The notes below the pieces were generated by a model that saw only the letters and a program-made list of their open reading frames with translations, did not search any database and was not told the origin of the DNA. From assembly GCA_000008085.1 (NCBI GenBank), contig AE017199.1, positions 150,001 to 182,000 on the forward strand: 32,000 nucleotides of DNA. Direction: 5' to 3'. This DNA is from Nanoarchaeum equitans Kin4-M. Its GTDB lineage: Archaea > Nanobdellota > Nanobdellia > Nanobdellales > Nanoarchaeaceae. The position numbers were made by a program, and so were the translations under genes. Shown here piece after piece: positions 9,790-17,163 of the stretch. Positions within the stretch are counted from its first letter, which is position 1. Every line of letters begins with the position of its first letter.

Positions 9790-10918
9790 ACTTGCACTAA
9801 AAAATATACAAAGGCGAAAGCTTAGGTCTTTGTTAACAACCATAGGAGTAACAATTGGAATAGGCGCAATAAACTATTTTTTGATATTGTCTAAAAGTTT
9901 AGAGTATGGAATAATTAATACATTCGAAAGTTTGGGAAAGGATAAACTTATTATTTTGCCAGGCAAAAGGGTTGGTTTTAGCTTTAGCACAGGGTGGTAT
10001 TTTTCTAAATCGATAGTAAATTCGATAGAGCATTTGCCTTCGATAAAATATGTTATTCCTGGGAAATTTGTAACTAGCACGATAGAACACAAAAATAAAC
10101 AATTGAATGTTGTAATATATGGCTTTCCTTTAGATAAAATGAGATTGTTAACACAATTGGGATATAACTTAAGAGAAGGGCGATTCCCTTCAAACAATAA
10201 AGAATGTGTTGTCGGTTATGGAGTATACAAAGATTTGTCTATAGAGATTGGCGATAAAATATCTAATAAATTCAAATGCAAAGTTGTAGGGATTTTAGAG
10301 CAAATAGGTAGCCAAAGAGAAGATTATACTTTAATAGTCAGCGAGAATGTTTTAGAGAAACATTATAATTTAAACCAATATAATTTTATTTTCGCTATAG
10401 CGAAAGACATTGATTTGGCAAAAAAAGAGTTATCGAAATTGTTAGATAAAACAATCAAAGATTATACTATTTTAACTACAGAACAATTAGCTAAAAGGTT
10501 TGCCTCTTTATTGGGATTCGTTTCCCTATTTATCAGTGCTATTGCCGGGATTAGCTTAATTAACGCCATAATAGGGATAATGAATACTATGTATATGGTT
10601 ATTACCGAGAGAATTAGTGAGATTGGCATATTAAGAGCGATTGGGGCTAAAAAAAGAGATATATTATTTTTGTTTTTGTTCGAAAGCGGTTTTCTATCCT
10701 TGGTTGGGGGTATAGTAGGTATAGCTATATCAACAATAATTGCATTGATAACTATAATAGTATTCAAATCCATGGGCTTTAAGGCTATATTTTATATTAA
10801 CCCATTGATTGTATTAGGATTATTGGTTTTATCTTTCGTTGTTGGAATTATAGCAGGTTTGTTACCATCTAAAAAAGCTTCTGAATTAGAACCAGTAAAA
10901 GCGTTAAGGAGAGTTTAG
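9773..10918 (+). CDS. ABC transporter permease, FtsX/MacB/LolE family
   Basis: The N-terminus is [27 protein letters not shown], followed by a large extracytoplasmic domain. The C-terminal FtsX domain carries [27 protein letters not shown]. It overlaps the end of rpoB'' by 17 nt. Confidence 0.85.
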   Translation: MREILKLALKNIQRRKLRSLLTTIGVTIGIGAINYFLILSKSLEYGIINTFESLGKDKLIILPGKRVGFSFSTGWYFSKSIVNSIEHLPSIKYVIPGKFVTSTIEHKNKQLNVVIYGFPLDKMRLLTQLGYNLREGRFPSNNKECVVGYGVYKDLSIEIGDKISNKFKCKVVGILEQIGSQREDYTLIVSENVLEKHYNLNQYNFIFAIAKDIDLAKKELSKLLDKTIKDYTILTTEQLAKRFASLLGFVSLFISAIAGISLINAIIGIMNTMYMVITERISEIGILRAIGAKKRDILFLFLFESGFLSLVGGIVGIAISTIIALITIIVFKSMGFKAIFYINPLIVLGLLVLSFVVGIIAGLLPSKKASELEPVKALRRV

Positions 10919-11685
10919 CTCCTTACTAATACCAATTTTCTTCTCTTTACTACTTTGTCTGGGTATACTATTACACCTTTGTCTGTTATTTCGAATGGGT
11001 GCCTTCTCATATCGTGTTTAGTACCCCTCATTTTCCATATTATTAGAGATCTTACCAACTCTCCATCTATTTCGTCTAAGTCTAATCTAATTATACCGTC
11101 TGCTGCATGTTCTACACCAGGGCCACCGAAACCTCTTTCTGCTACAGATACTTGGGATACGAAGAAAGCTGTAATACCAAAACCGCTAAAGACTTTCTTT
11201 AACATCATTACTATGTTTCTTGCTACACTTGGTTTGGTTAGATACAATGTTGTTACTGAATCTATTACGCCCCTAACTGGGGGTTTGCCAGTATTCTCTT
11301 CAATCCAAGAAATTGCTTCTTTTACTACATCAATTAGAGATCTAACATCTGTTGGATCTGGTACTACGAATCTTTCTCTTTCTGCTGCTCTGCCTATACC
11401 CCCAGTAAAGCCATCAATCATAGCAAACATGCCCTTTTCTTCATATGGTGTTGGATCCCAGCCGAAATTTTTCATGTTCTCTCTAACAGCGACTGGATGT
11501 TCTTCTAATGTTACATATATTCCTGGTTCTCCATTTTGTAAACCATAATAAATGTATTGTTGCGACATAATAGATTTACCAGTTCCAGGACCTCCAGCTA
11601 ACAATACTACATTTCTTTTTGGTATACCTCCATTCAATAGTTCGTCCATTCCAGGGATACCTGTTTTTACTCTTTGGATCGCCAT
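10915..11685 (-). CDS. KaiC/RadA-like RecA-superfamily ATPase (COG0467)
   Basis: [31 protein letters not shown] (Walker A) is followed by IYVTLEEHP and [12 protein letters not shown]. This is a single KaiC-like domain of 256 aa. Confidence 0.85.
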   Translation of the reverse strand: MAIQRVKTGIPGMDELLNGGIPKRNVVLLAGGPGTGKSIMSQQYIYYGLQNGEPGIYVTLEEHPVAVRENMKNFGWDPTPYEEKGMFAMIDGFTGGIGRAAERERFVVPDPTDVRSLIDVVKEAISWIEENTGKPPVRGVIDSVTTLYLTKPSVARNIVMMLKKVFSGFGITAFFVSQVSVAERGFGGPGVEHAADGIIRLDLDEIDGELVRSLIIWKMRGTKHDMRRHPFEITDKGVIVYPDKVVKRRKLVLVRS

Positions 11686-11705
11686 ACTATTTTTATAGTT
11701 AAGTA

Positions 11706-11711
11706 TTTAAA
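11706..11711. promoter_or_regulatory. Shared TATA core (palindrome TATTTAAATA, 11704-11713) for the KaiC-like gene (-, 11685) and rps27ae (+, 11733)
   Basis: The centre (11708.5) is 23.5 nt from 11685 and 24.5 nt from 11733. Confidence 0.6.
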
Positions 11712-11732
11712 TATTTGATCTGACTAAATCGC

Positions 11733-11918
11733 ATGGCCCAGGTATGGAAATACTATGAAATAAAAGATGGCAAATTAATTAGAAAAAAGAAGGTTTGCCC
11801 AAGATGTGGGTCTTTTATGGCAGAGCATAAAGATAGATACCATTGTGGTAAATGCGGATATACAGAATGGAAAGTAGAAAGACCAAAAATTGTTATACAT
11901 GGAGCAACAATAGAATAA
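11733..11918 (+). CDS. rps27ae: Ribosomal protein S27ae (eS31)
   Basis: The zinc ribbon is [24 protein letters not shown]. 61 aa. Confidence 0.9.
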   Translation: MAQVWKYYEIKDGKLIRKKKVCPRCGSFMAEHKDRYHCGKCGYTEWKVERPKIVIHGATIE

Positions 11919-11920
11919 TT

Positions 11921-11926
11921 TTTAAA
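11921..11926 (+). promoter_or_regulatory. TATA core for tRNA-Leu
   Basis: The aatttTTTAAAtta centre (11923.5) is 23.5 nt from tRNA nucleotide 1 (11947). Confidence 0.65.
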
Positions 11927-11946
11927 TTACTTCTATATTAGATACT

Positions 11947-12030
11947 GCGGCCGTGCCCGAGCGGTCGAAGGGGTCGGGCTTAGGACCCGATGGGTTAGTC
12001 CCGTCCGGGGTTCGAATCCCCGCGGCCGCA
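11947..12030 (+). tRNA. tRNA-Leu (anticodon TAG)
   Basis: The acceptor is GCGGCCG/CGGCCGC with discriminator A. The anticodon arm is TCGGG-CTTAGGA-CCCGA. The long variable arm is TGGGTTAGTCCCGTC. The T arm is CGGGG-TTCGAAT-CCCCG. No CCA is encoded. The 3' end abuts the stop codon of convergent thrS. Confidence 0.9.
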
Positions 12031-13932
12031 CTATAGGTTAGCAGGTTTTAGAGATAATTTCATTGGCCCATATAATGGTCTAAATGGATACCCTTTTTGC
12101 AATTCTTCCATTTTTGATATTAAGTCTTCTAAACTAGTTTCATAAACTTTGTTTTCATATCTGTCTCTTACAGTTATTTTGTTATTTTTTATTTCTTTTT
12201 CTCCTATTACAATTATATATGGTACCCAAAGTGATTCGGCATCTTTAATTTTTTTATTTAAGGTTTCATCCCTATCATCTAATTCAACTCTAAATTTGCT
12301 TTCTAATTCTTTGGCTATTTGTTCAGCATATTCTAAATATTTCTCACTAACTGGGATAACCCTTACTTGTACTGGGCTTATCCAAAATGGCAATACAGGT
12401 TTTTCTTTTCTTAGAGCAGTATCAAATAAAGCATAAATATATCTTTCTATAGAACCTAAAATGGCGTTGTGCAATATAATAACATGCTTTTCAGATCCGT
12501 CTTTGTCTATATATTTTATACCAAACCTTTTGCTATTGTGTAAATCTATTTGAGTAGTGCCAATCTCTCTTGGCCTTCCTAAAACATCAATAATATGGTA
12601 TTCAATATTTATAATCCAATATCTTTGGTCAGATTTAGGATATATTGCTAACAATAAAGGTTTCTTAACGTCTTTGTATATCTGCTCTATTATGTATTTG
12701 TATTTTTCATAATCCTCGAACGATGCTACATTAATCAACAATTCATAATCTCTACCAATTTTCTTTATCTCTTCCATAATTTTTTTGTGCATATTTAAGA
12801 ATTGTTCTACTGCTTCGTCTAGGTCTTTAGTGAAAACATGCAAATCAGGCATATAGAATTTTCTTAACCTAAAAGCTAATACCACTTCTCCTGGTTGTTC
12901 AAACCTATATGAATCTGCTACTTCTAACATACCAAAGGGCACATTCTTATAAGACAAAGTTAAATCTTTGGCTATAGCGAATTGTTGAAAGCAAGCGGCA
13001 TACCTTAAAACGAACACAGACTTATCGGATTGCACTTCATACATTCTTTCTCCGAATAGTTTGGCATGTTCTGCAACAGGCCCTTGTTTTAAATCAAACA
13101 TGTTAGTGCCTTTAACTATAAAAACTGGGAAAGGCAATTCTTTAGCTATTTTAATAGAATAATCATTAACTAAATCTACCATTAGAGCAGCATAAGGTTT
13201 ATAACGCATATGCCCATAATCCGACAGTGGTTCCCATTCAAATCCAAATTTCTTTGCTACATCATTCAATGGGTTTTTTTCTATTTCTTCTCCTTCACTA
13301 AATACTTCTTTCAAAACCATTTTCTCAAAATCTTGGTTTATTGGTATAGGCAATTCTATCCCATCTTTTGGCAACTCAAAATGCAATTTTTCTTTATTCT
13401 CAATCTCTTTATAGTCCTTTACTAATATTTTATCCTTTTTTCCAACAATTATATATTCTTTTTCCCCATCGTAAATAAGATAGACTTTATTTCCTTCTTC
13501 TTTTTTAACCTTTTTGGGCTTAATGGTTCTAGACAATTCCGCTAATGGGTGGCCTTTAACATGGATTTCAAATTCTTTATACCAACCAAATGGTGCTTTA
13601 TATACCTCGAAACCCTCACTTTTTAATAAATCGTATGCTTTATCTAATACTTCTTTTGCCAATTTTGGAGAAGAGGGATTGTTAGTTAGATGTACATATG
13701 GATATAGTACAACTACTTTTTCTTTTATCCCAATTTTTTCTAAAACTTTCTTTATTTCTTCGACCAATTGTTCTGCCACGCTTAAATTGTCTCCATGCTC
13801 TACAGCAACGAATACTGCTAAATGTTCTTTATTTACATCAAATTCAGGTTTTTCTAATTGGTCTGCTTCCTTTAATGCCTTTTGTCTAGCGATTACTTTT
13901 ATCCTATTGGAATGCAAAAACAGTGCCCGCAT
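12031..13932 (-). CDS. thrS: Threonyl-tRNA synthetase (archaeal type with N-terminal editing domain)
   Basis: 633 aa. The N-terminus MRALFLHSNRIKV... resembles the archaeal ThrRS editing domain. A class II core follows (FRLRKFYMPDLH, GTTQIDLH, ILGSIERYI), then a C-terminal anticodon-binding domain (VRVIPVSEKYLEYA). Confidence 0.93.
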   Translation of the reverse strand: MRALFLHSNRIKVIARQKALKEADQLEKPEFDVNKEHLAVFVAVEHGDNLSVAEQLVEEIKKVLEKIGIKEKVVVLYPYVHLTNNPSSPKLAKEVLDKAYDLLKSEGFEVYKAPFGWYKEFEIHVKGHPLAELSRTIKPKKVKKEEGNKVYLIYDGEKEYIIVGKKDKILVKDYKEIENKEKLHFELPKDGIELPIPINQDFEKMVLKEVFSEGEEIEKNPLNDVAKKFGFEWEPLSDYGHMRYKPYAALMVDLVNDYSIKIAKELPFPVFIVKGTNMFDLKQGPVAEHAKLFGERMYEVQSDKSVFVLRYAACFQQFAIAKDLTLSYKNVPFGMLEVADSYRFEQPGEVVLAFRLRKFYMPDLHVFTKDLDEAVEQFLNMHKKIMEEIKKIGRDYELLINVASFEDYEKYKYIIEQIYKDVKKPLLLAIYPKSDQRYWIINIEYHIIDVLGRPREIGTTQIDLHNSKRFGIKYIDKDGSEKHVIILHNAILGSIERYIYALFDTALRKEKPVLPFWISPVQVRVIPVSEKYLEYAEQIAKELESKFRVELDDRDETLNKKIKDAESLWVPYIIVIGEKEIKNNKITVRDRYENKVYETSLEDLISKMEELQKGYPFRPLYGPMKLSLKPANL

Positions 13933-13952
13933 TATAATAAAAAAGCTTATAG

Positions 13953-13958
13953 TATAAA
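13953..13958 (-). promoter_or_regulatory. TATA core (TTTATA on the minus strand) for thrS
   Basis: The centre (13955.5) is 23.5 nt from the ATG at 13932. Confidence 0.5.
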
Positions 13959-13968
13959 GCTTAAAATT

Positions 13969-13974
13969 TTTAAA
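13969..13974 (+). promoter_or_regulatory. TATA core for tRNA-Tyr
   Basis: The aaaattTTTAAAtg centre (13971.5) is 23.5 nt from G13995, the purine immediately 5' of C1 of the tRNA. Confidence 0.65.
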
Positions 13975-13995
13975 TGCAAGATAACATAAAGCCTG

Positions 13996-14080
13996 CCGGG
14001 CGTAGCTCAGCGGCAGAGCGGCCGGCTGTAGTTGTATAGCAGATACCGGCAGGTCGGGGGTTCGAATCCCCCCGCCCGGA
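13996..14080 (+). tRNA. tRNA-Tyr (anticodon GTA at 14028-14030) with a 13-nt canonical 37/38 intron at 14032-14044
   Basis: The acceptor is CCGGGCG/CGCCCGG, giving the C1:G72 pair typical of archaeal tRNA-Tyr, with discriminator A. The anticodon stem is GCCGG/CCGGC and the loop is CTGTAG[intron]A. The BHB is CUGU/GCAG (4 bp) flanked by bulges AG|U and AU|A. The T arm is GGGGG-TTCGAAT-CCCCC. Confidence 0.9.
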
Positions 14081-14115
14081 CTTACCTTTTCATTATTACT
14101 TTTTTTAGAATAAAA

Positions 14116-14164
14116 TCTGTCGAAACCTCCATCATCATAATTCAGCGCACTACGACTTCTTCAC
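14116..14164 (-). ncRNA. Candidate C/D box sRNA (2'-O-methylation guide), 4 nt downstream of tRNA-Val
   Basis: The minus strand reads GTGAAGA (C, 14164-14158), then AGTCGTAGTGCG (12 nt), CTGA (D', 14145-14142), ATT, ATGATGA (C', 14138-14132), TGGAGGTTTCGA (12 nt) and CAGA (D, 14119-14116), followed by TTTT. The spacing is the canonical archaeal 7-12-4-3-7-12-4. The terminal C and D boxes each carry one mismatch, at the positions that normally form the U-U pair and the flipped-out U. Confidence 0.55.
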
Positions 14165-14168
14165 AAAA

Positions 14169-14240
14169 TGGGCCCGCGGGGATTCGAACCCCGGACCTCC
14201 GCCTTGTAAGGGCGGCGTCATACCCCTAGACTACGGGCCC
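14169..14240 (-). tRNA. tRNA-Val (anticodon TAC)
   Basis: The reverse complement is GGGCCCG-TA-GTCT-AGGGGTA-TGAC-G-CCGCC-CTTACAA-GGCGG-AGGTC-CGGGG-TTCGAAT-CCCCG-CGGGCCC-A. No CCA is encoded. Confidence 0.9.
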
Positions 14241-14260
14241 AGAAGGCAATTAACTTTTGA

Positions 14261-14266
14261 TTTAAA
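14261..14266 (-). promoter_or_regulatory. TATA core for tRNA-Val (and the downstream sRNA candidate)
   Basis: The minus strand reads attatattTTTAAAtca. The centre (14263.5) is 23.5 nt from tRNA nucleotide 1 (14240). Confidence 0.65.
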
Positions 14267-14281
14267 AATATAATGCTAATG

Positions 14282-14289
14282 TTTATAAA
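14282..14289 (+). promoter_or_regulatory. TATA core (TTTATAAA) for the rpl14e-rpl30e-nusA-rpoL unit
   Basis: The centre (14285.5) is 24.5 nt from the ATG at 14310. Confidence 0.55.
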
Positions 14290-14309
14290 CAGTTTTTAGA
14301 CCAATCCCA

Positions 14310-14654
14310 ATGGTGTTAGAAATAGGAAGAGTTGTTGTTAAAACTGCCGGCCGCGAGGCCGGAAGAGTAGGAGTAGTAGTAGACATTATAGATAGGAATT
14401 TCGTATTAATCGATGGCGATTTAAAGAGAAGAAAAGTAAATGTTAAACATGTGGAACCAACTCCAAAGAAAATAGACATACCAAAAGGGGCTGATACGAG
14501 AACAGTTGTTGAAAAAATGATAGAAAATGGAATAAAAGTTAGCCTATGGAAATTAAGAAGGGACAATCTAAAAGATTTGGTTGATAAATTAATAGAAAAA
14601 TTCCCAGAAGTAAAAGAAGATTTAGAGAGGTTAAAAGCTATAGGTAAATGGTAA
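14310..14654 (+). CDS. rpl14e: Ribosomal protein L14e (eL14)
   Basis: EIGRVVVKTAGREAGRVGVVVDIIDRNFVLIDG...KRRKVNVKHVEPT is the KOW-type L14e signature. A helical C-terminal tail follows. Confidence 0.85.
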   Translation: MVLEIGRVVVKTAGREAGRVGVVVDIIDRNFVLIDGDLKRRKVNVKHVEPTPKKIDIPKGADTRTVVEKMIENGIKVSLWKLRRDNLKDLVDKLIEKFPEVKEDLERLKAIGKW

Positions 14655-14685
14655 AGCTTTAAAACTATTTTTAGTTTAACCCCCC

Positions 14686-14946
14686 ATGGACATTAACGAA
14701 ATTAGAAGACATGTAATGGAAGGAAAAGCTGTAATAGGTACAAACAAAACTCTTAAATTGTTAAAGCTTGGACAACTTTCTGCTGTAGTATTAGCTAAAA
14801 ATGTTCCCGATTATATAAAAGAAGACATAGAATATTATGCCAAACTATCTAATATACCAGTAATACAAGTAGATTTGTTTAACGATGAATTAGGCGCAGC
14901 TCTAAAGAAAAGGTTTAAAGTTAGTGTTGTAGGAATCTTAAAATAA
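14686..14946 (+). CDS. rpl30e: Ribosomal protein L30e (eL30)
   Basis: GKAVIGTNKTLKLLKLGQLSAVVLAKNVPDYIKEDIEYYAKLSNIPV...ELGAALKKRFKVSVVGI matches the L30e/L7Ae-fold pattern. It has the conserved position upstream of nusA. A TTTAAA at 14658-14663 lies 25.5 nt upstream. Confidence 0.85.
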   Translation: MDINEIRRHVMEGKAVIGTNKTLKLLKLGQLSAVVLAKNVPDYIKEDIEYYAKLSNIPVIQVDLFNDELGAALKKRFKVSVVGILK

Positions 14947-14947
14947 T

Positions 14948-15358
14948 ATGGACGATATAGTTTTGGCTTTTGAAGCCATTACTGGAGGTAAACCGATCGC
15001 TTATTATGATGATGGTAAGAGAATACTATTTGTGGTAGATGGTAAAAATGTTGGCAAATACATAGGCAAAGGCGGAAAAAACGTTAAGCTTTTATCTACA
15101 GCATTGAAAAGAGACATATATATTGCCGGTTATTATGAAGATCCTGTTCAATTCATAAAAAGTTTCTATAGAGAATTAGATATAAGCGAAATCGTAAAAG
15201 AAGGCAATAAATATATTGTTAAAATAAACGATAGACAACAAAGGGCTATGGCTATAGGAAAAGAAGGATGGAGAATAAATCTATTAAATAGAGCTTTAAA
15301 AGAATTGTATAATGCTAGTGCTGAGATTTTTCAACCCAAGGAAGAAAACCAACAATGA
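14948..15358 (+). CDS. nusA: Archaeal NusA-like protein (two KH domains)
   Basis: Two KH GxxG loops are present (IGKGGKNVK and IGKEGWRIN). It is 136 aa and sits immediately after rpl30e, as in other archaea. Confidence 0.85.
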   Translation: MDDIVLAFEAITGGKPIAYYDDGKRILFVVDGKNVGKYIGKGGKNVKLLSTALKRDIYIAGYYEDPVQFIKSFYRELDISEIVKEGNKYIVKINDRQQRAMAIGKEGWRINLLNRALKELYNASAEIFQPKEENQQ

Positions 15359-15645
15359 TAACTATACCAACAGAGGTTAAAATTTTAGAAGAAACAGACA
15401 ACTTAATAAAAGTACAATTTAAGGGCGAAACCCACACATTATTTAACGCATTAAAAGAGATAGCTTATACAATTAATGGGGTAAAAAAAGCTGCATATTT
15501 TATAGAACATCCATTAAAAGATAATAATTACTTTATTATTGAAACTGATGGTTCCATAAAAGCAAGAGATGCCTTAATACAGGCATTGAAAAAACTAAAA
15601 GAAGAATTACTAAATTTTAAAGATTGGTACTACTCTAATCTTTAA
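15355..15645 (+). CDS. rpoL: DNA-directed RNA polymerase subunit L (Rpo11)
   Basis: GETHTLFNALKEIAYTINGVKKAAYFIEHPL matches the GEDHTLGN...V..A.Y...HP pattern. It has an ATGA overlap with nusA. Confidence 0.85.
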   Translation: MITIPTEVKILEETDNLIKVQFKGETHTLFNALKEIAYTINGVKKAAYFIEHPLKDNNYFIIETDGSIKARDALIQALKKLKEELLNFKDWYYSNL

Positions 15646-16207
15646 AATTGGCTCTTTTTGATGGTCTAACTTTTTCTGCGCCCAAGCCCCCATTTCTTAA
15701 CCCCCTAAATTTCCTAGCGCTAGAGGTTTTCCCTCTAAACACTCTACCCCTTTGGTTTTTTTGTAATAACCAAACATATTCGGGCCTGTTATAAATATTG
15801 GGATTAAACGGATCTACCAAAATAACTTCATACCATTTATATAAACCATCTTCTCCAACCCAATAAGAGCCTAATACTTCCATATTCCTATGTAAGCGGT
15901 TAGCCCTCTCTTCAGCAATCCATTGTAAATTAACTCCCAAAGGTCTAATCCTATACTCAGCTTTTGGTCTTCTTCCCCCTTTTATTTCTTCTCTTTTTCT
16001 TGTACCTTTTCTTACTCTAACCCTAACAATTTTTATGCCTGGCAATGGTTTGTAACCTAAAGCCCTAGCCCTATCTATTCTTGTTGGTCTTTCCACTTCA
16101 ACAATTGGGGGTTCTCTCCTCCATTGTTGGATTCTTTGTTTATATAATTCTCCTAAAAATTCTTTTGGATCCTTATATAATGCTCTCACATATTGGTATA
16201 ATCCCAT
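15635..16207 (-). CDS. rpl15e: Ribosomal protein L15e (eL15)
   Basis: The sequence reads MGLYQYVRALYKDPKE...WRREPPIVEVERPTRIDRARALGYK...VRVRVRKG...SYWVGEDGLYKWYEVILVDP. 190 aa. Confidence 0.95.
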   Translation of the reverse strand: MGLYQYVRALYKDPKEFLGELYKQRIQQWRREPPIVEVERPTRIDRARALGYKPLPGIKIVRVRVRKGTRKREEIKGGRRPKAEYRIRPLGVNLQWIAEERANRLHRNMEVLGSYWVGEDGLYKWYEVILVDPFNPNIYNRPEYVWLLQKNQRGRVFRGKTSSARKFRGLRNGGLGAEKVRPSKRANFKD

Positions 16208-16227
16208 TCAAAAGCCAATAGATTTTA

Positions 16228-16235
16228 TTTATAAA
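16228..16235. promoter_or_regulatory. Shared TATA core (palindrome TTTATAAA) for rpl15e (-, 16207) and rpl44e (+, 16256)
   Basis: The centre (16231.5) is 24.5 nt from both ATG codons. Confidence 0.6.
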
Positions 16236-16255
16236 TAGCATTTATGCTAAACCAA

Positions 16256-16570
16256 ATGAAGATACCATCTATGATAAAGACATATTGCCCTTATTGTAAA
16301 AGGCACACAATACATATAGTTAAGCAAGTTAGACCTTCCACAAAAAAATCTGTATTAAGTGCTGGTAAAAGAAGAATGGAAAGAAACACTGTTGGTAAAG
16401 GTAACCACGGCAGGTATAGCAGAAGGCCAATAACCCAATGGAAAAGAGTTGGTGTTAAAGGTGGATCAAAAAGAATAGATTTAAGATTAGTTTGTGAAGA
16501 ATGTGGGAAAGCTATAATAAAAACATTGCCAAGAACTAAGAAATTCGAAATAGTCCCAGTTAAAGCATGA
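16256..16570 (+). CDS. rpl44e: Ribosomal protein L44e (eL42)
   Basis: MKIPSMIKTYCPYCKRHTIH...LVCEECGKA forms a CxxC...CxxC zinc ribbon. The track start is 16244. The ATG at 16256 fits both the family N-terminus and the promoter spacing. Confidence 0.9.
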   Translation: MKIPSMIKTYCPYCKRHTIHIVKQVRPSTKKSVLSAGKRRMERNTVGKGNHGRYSRRPITQWKRVGVKGGSKRIDLRLVCEECGKAIIKTLPRTKKFEIVPVKA

Positions 16571-17163
16571 ACGAAGAAGTAGTTTTACCTCCTGGTTATA
16601 AAGTAGGTAAAAATGCAATAGGTGATGTATATAAAGAAGGCGATTACTATTATACCAAATACATTTCCACAATAAGAAAGCAGGGCGATAAAATAAAAGT
16701 TATAGCTCTAACAAAAGTTTATACCCCTTCCATAGGGGATAATGTTATAGGGATAGTTTATGGTTTAAACCCAATAGGTTTAGAAGTAAACATAGAAGCC
16801 CCATATAAAGCAATAATCCCTTACAAAATTGTTGGCGATCCATTGAAGTTTTATAATAAAATCGTCTTCGCAACAATTAGCTCTATATCCAAGGTTGGTA
16901 TTATAACTTTGTCAAATCCAAAAATAGTAAACGGTTTATTATTAAAAATTAACCCTGCAAAAGTTGCGAGAGTTATTGGTAAAAATGGTTCTATGATCAA
17001 AACAATAAAAGAAAAATTTGGCGTTAATATTATAGTTGGAAAAAATGGATTAATAATAATAAAAGGGGAAACAAAAGATGTGGAAATGGCCGCAAAAGTA
17101 ATAAAAGAAATAGAAAGGAGAGCCCATAGGAAAGGCCTTACTGATTGGGTTAAGAATCTCTAA
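16567..17163 (+). CDS. rrp4: Exosome RNA-binding subunit Rrp4 (S1 + KH domains)
   Basis: The S1 region is YTPSIGDNVIGIVYGLNPIGLEVNIEAPYKAIIP. The KH region is KVARVIGKNGSMIKTIKEKFGVNIIVGKNGLIII. The C-terminal ERRAHRKGLTDWV matches the EAH..GLTD pattern. It has an ATGA overlap with rpl44e. Confidence 0.8.
   Translation: MNEEVVLPPGYKVGKNAIGDVYKEGDYYYTKYISTIRKQGDKIKVIALTKVYTPSIGDNVIGIVYGLNPIGLEVNIEAPYKAIIPYKIVGDPLKFYNKIVFATISSISKVGIITLSNPKIVNGLLLKINPAKVARVIGKNGSMIKTIKEKFGVNIIVGKNGLIIIKGETKDVEMAAKVIKEIERRAHRKGLTDWVKNL

Noticed and set aside
14032-14229. 65-aa plus-strand ORF (MYSRYRQVGGSNPPART...).
   Set aside because: It starts inside the tRNA-Tyr intron and runs through the tRNA-Tyr 3' half, the sRNA candidate and the antisense of tRNA-Val. 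It is an artefact of translating structural RNA genes.
15006-15012. C-box-like heptamers (ATGATGA or TGATGA) inside CDSs, for example 15006-15012 in nusA, 1426-1432 at the methyltransferase start, and about 23921-23927 in the tyrA fusion.
   Set aside because: No D', C' or D boxes lie at the 12-nt guide spacing around them, and they are explained by the codons. Only the 14116-14164 locus has the full box architecture.
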